Source: Chiloscyllium plagiosum (taxonomy: Eukaryota). Taken from it: a DNA stretch of 52,803 nucleotides. The notes beneath the pieces were generated by a model, which was not told the DNA's origin, made no database searches, and worked only from the letters and a program-made list of their open reading frames with translations. A program made the translations under genes and the position numbers. Below are positions 49,136-52,803 of the stretch, piece after piece; within the stretch, counting starts at the first letter, position 1, and every line of letters starts with the position of its first letter. The stretch is taken from positions 41,175,318 to 41,228,120 of the forward strand of contig NC_057719.1 of the NCBI RefSeq assembly GCF_004010195.1, read 5' to 3'.

Positions 49136-49400
49136 ACTTACTCATGCAGAGTGCAGAAAATCATTGACCTTTTTCTATGCTGCTGAGGATTGCATTTCAC
49201 TTGGAACCTTGCATTGACCCCACTGCTACACCCTAAGTTCAATTTGGCTTGGTCTGGTACAGTGGTCTGTTGTGGCAGTCAGCTGGAAATCCAATGTCCC
49301 TCTTTTCCACCACCCATCCACCAACACCTCCAGATCCCTGTGCAGGAAGTGAGGTGCAAACTTGCTATTCTTAGACTTAAACATGTAGCACCACTGCGCG
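49136..49400 (-). mobile_element. Decayed Harbinger-type Myb/SANT-like DNA-binding exon
   Basis: KFAPHFLHRDLEVLVDG ... PQQHRK(frameshift)VNDFLHSA followed by a GTAAGT donor (49141-49136). Confidence 0.65.
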
Positions 49401-50744
49401 AGGGGCAATTCTTGATGTGTAGCATCTGAAGTGGTATGCAGTTGGGATTTAAATATGGAATTGGCAACAATGGCATTAATAGAGGAAGGTCCTGGCAGTG
49501 TGAAGCACTTCCGCCTCTTCTGGCAAGTAATTTAATGAGATGCCCTTTGGAACAATTGTAGACTGAAAGAAAAATAATATTTTCAAAGCACTTAAGACTT
49601 GCCGTAAGTAAATTATTGTTATAAAGGTCTTCTGTGATGGTGACTTTGCCTCACTTTTAGCAACTTTCTACCAATTGTGCAAATGGTATTATAATACAGG
49701 TATCGCCTTTTGAAGGACTGACCATTTCACATTGCTATCAATTTTCTGACAAAGAAAATTGATGTGAGAAGTGTATGAAGTTTTCTCCAGTGTGTTTGTG
49801 TATATCACTTCATTTTGAAGTAACCAGTAGTAGATTTATGAGGGATGCAGGGGATGTAACTAGAACCTTTCATTAATTTTCTTCCTCTTTGACCACCGTC
49901 CAGTATGTGTCATTCATATATTTTGTGGCAGTGCCGGAAAACTATATTAACACTGAAATGAAATGAAACTTAGGTTTCTGCCTCAACCCATCAACTCTGA
50001 TCTGCAAAATATAGGTGGAAGCAAGCCTTCAACTTCAATACTTGGATCAGACAGTAGTATTGACTTTAGCAATTTACTTTTCTAGATGCACGAAGATTTA
50101 TTTTGAGTTGCTATCAGTACATTCATCTGTCTCTCCATGAACACATATGTGACAGCTCCTAAAAATACATCTGATCAGATTTTACAGGAGCTCATTTTTA
50201 AACTTCCTGTCATCACAGCTTGTACAGAATTCCTTTTATAGCAAGTTATTTGAACTCACTTTGAAACGTAGAAGCCTGAAATGGCATCACTGAAATAGCT
50301 GTCAGAATTGATACTGATTACATTCTACATGAAAATTCTCAAACAATATTCAAACATAATTCTTATAATAAGGAAACAAGCATACACAATGGGGCTAGTC
50401 CTGTAATCCGTGACAAAAAGCATCATATTTTGACCTGGATTAGAATTGAAAATCAATCATTTTAAAGAAAGAGAATGTGCCAATCCACTCTGATAAGAAA
50501 TTTGGAGTGTTTTCGCACACAATTTCTTTGAAAGATGTGAGCTGCTTTTTTTTGTAGAAGAATTGGATAGCCATTAATTTGCTCATGAGCATGACCAATA
50601 TAATCAACAGTTCTGAGGAGAACACACAAGCAAAATATCAAAAGCTGCCATTTCACTGATACTGACTAGCCTGTACTGTCATTCTTATTTCACAGTTGTT
50701 GTAGTTTGTCTTTATCAAAAATCTTTTAACATAAAATATATCAT

Positions 50745-50990
50745 TAATGGGATGTGGATGTTGCTGGCTGGGCCAGCATTTATTGCCCATCCCTAGTCAC
50801 TCTTGAGAAGGTTGTGGTAAGCTGCTAGACACATTCACAATACTGTTAGGGAAGGATTCCAGGATTTTGACCCAGCAAAAGAACGGCAATATATTTCCTA
50901 ATCAGGATGGTGAGTGGCTTGGAGAGAAGCTTGCAGGTGGTGGTGTTCCCATGTATTGGCTGCCCTTGACCTTCTAGATAGCCATGACAA
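50745..50990 (-). mobile_element. 3' end of the second LINE family
   Basis: atgggatgtggatgttgctggctgggccagcatttattgcccatcccta...; homologous to 19630-19900. Confidence 0.8.
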
Positions 50991-51299
50991 TGGTTTTTTT
51001 TTGGGGGGGGCGAGGGGAGAGCACTCCAGACTATGTTATGTGTCTGTATTTCAGACCAAAAATGTGGTCTGTCCTCTGTCAGCATTCGAAAAGCTAGGGA
51101 AATGGACTAGTATAATGGCATAAAAGGGTCCTGTACCAAATGTCTGCCCATGTAGGGAGTTCTTTCACACTCTGACCTCAAGCATTTTCAAAGCTTTTTA
51201 ATAAGGCAGTTTTAGTTACTCATTCATCTGCCTCCAGATGCATTATGCCAGAGAGACTTCATTCATCCTCTCAGAGACTTGCATTCACATGGAACTCTG

Positions 51300-51665
51300 A
51301 CTTGACCAGAAGTACTAAATTGGAAGCATTTTGGTGGTATCGGGCAAGAAATTTCAAAAGTTGATTGGGGGTGGATATTTGCAGGTAAAAGGACAGCTGA
51401 AAAATGGGAAGCCTTAAAAAAGAGATAATGAGAGTGGAGAGACAGGTATGATCCTGTTAGGGTCAAGAGCAAGGCTGGTAAGGTCTTGTTGAAAAAAGAT
51501 GGAATCACATAGACAGTAAGGATCAACTGAAGCCCGAGAAAAGTATGACAGCAGTAGGAGTATATTGAAGAGAGAAATGCAGGAGGGCAAAAACGGGACA
51601 TGAGATAGCTTTGGCAAATAAAAATGAGGAGAACCCAAAAGGATTCTACAAATATGTTAAGGATA
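51300..51665 (+). mobile_element. CR1 ORF2 linker fragment
   Basis: aagagagaaatgcaggagggcaaaaacgggacatgag...gagaacccaaaaggattctacaaatatg (RAKRGHE..ENPKGFYKY). Confidence 0.78.
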
Positions 51666-52519
51666 TTGCTATTCCCTCTAAATAACACTATCATTTTTAA
51701 CGCCCCATCCTACAGCAGGATCCCCTCATTTAACATGGGAAGCGATTTCCCCCAATATTTTTCTTGTTTTCTTTGCTCTCCCAGTAACCTTTCTTCAGCT
51801 AAACAAGGTAAAACTTGCCTTAATAGCAAACTGCAGCCTTTTAAAGGTTGTAAAGACTGTTGGAATTCCTGTTCCTCAGCTAGATGCTAAATTTGTTGTC
51901 TATGTTTTCCACAGGCAAGGAACATACTAAAATAAAGAGGAGGGATTTTATGAGATTGTAGAGTCTGTCCCTTTCGTCTGCTAACATAGATGCACCCTTA
52001 GGGAGGAATTTAACACAATACGTAAGAGTGGCAAATCTGGTTAGTAGGAGGGATAGAAAAGTAAGCATTTCACTGAATTGGGAAGACAGGATTAAATTCT
52101 GTCAAATTGCTTTTGAATTGTATGCAAGATGCCTATTAAGGATATCAATGAGCTTCCCCTCAGTGGATTACTTTCCCATTATGGTACCTTTTTGCCACTG
52201 ACTAGATCACTTCCAACATTGCCGTTTCCAGGGAGCTGATTGATGGCCTCCCATACAATTGGCCATGCCCTCCCATCATCTTAAACATTCCAGCTAACTC
52301 CAAAATGTCTAGCCCTTAAACCTAGCAAATTTTTAAACATTGAAGTCCTGCCCTCAAGATTAAGTCAGTTTTAATAAACGTAGAGTACAGCAGCTGGATC
52401 TGTTCAATTGAAGTTCAAGTGAGAGTTTGTTTTTGTGGACATTTGTAGCATGGGGAGAAGAGAAGGATATTGGCAGTTTGGAAGGAGGATCAGAGGGGCT
52501 AGAATGACTTTAAAGTGTG

Positions 52520-52803
52520 AGGTGCATCAATAAGTGTGAGGACTGTGTCTGGTGCAATCAATAGGTGCGAGAACTGTCCCAGGTGCATCAATAGGTGTGA
52601 GGACTGTGTCTGGTGCATCAATAGGTGTGAGGACTGCATCAGGTACATCAATAGGTGTGAGGATTGTATCAGGTACATCAATAGGTGCGAGGATTGTATC
52701 AGGTTCATCAATAGGTGTGAGGATTGTATCAGGTACATCAATAGATGTGAGGATTGTATCAAGTTCATCAATAGGTGTGAGGATTGTATCAGGTACATCA
52801 ATA
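52520..52803. repeat. 30-bp minisatellite, at least 9 copies, runs off the window
   Basis: Unit ATAGGTGTGAGGATTGTATCAGGTACATCA. Confidence 0.97.

Noticed and set aside
52499..52803. CRISPR-like array or repeat protein (MYLIQSSHLL)n
   Set aside because: Head-to-tail 30-bp units with no unique spacers and no cas genes, in a vertebrate context; the ORF is a by-product of a unit length divisible by 3.

Overview
Non-coding, repeat-rich vertebrate DNA. The repeat content (HE1 V-SINEs, Deu-domain SINEs, HER1-like CR1 LINEs) points to a cartilaginous fish, most likely a shark. It opens with one intact 5S rRNA gene (169-288) on a short contig before a ~555-N gap. The rest is a layered transposon landscape: many CR1 LINE fragments (one young copy with a long open RT frame), a second CR1/L2-group LINE with a tail-sharing SINE, two Penelope-like element (PLE) families, two decayed Gypsy pol remnants, decayed PIF/Harbinger transposase and Myb/SANT remnants, and a terminal 30-bp minisatellite. 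I found no host protein-coding exon; most listed ORFs are N-gap artefacts, TE frames or chance. The most interesting signal is a set of minimal hammerhead-ribozyme motifs in the PLE terminal repeats. These include two ~120-bp solo 'hammerhead + tail' insertions with target-site duplications, one with an essentially intact core. Family names come from motif recognition and memory of consensus sequences, not from database searches. I cannot demonstrate a wholly new system from sequence alone.
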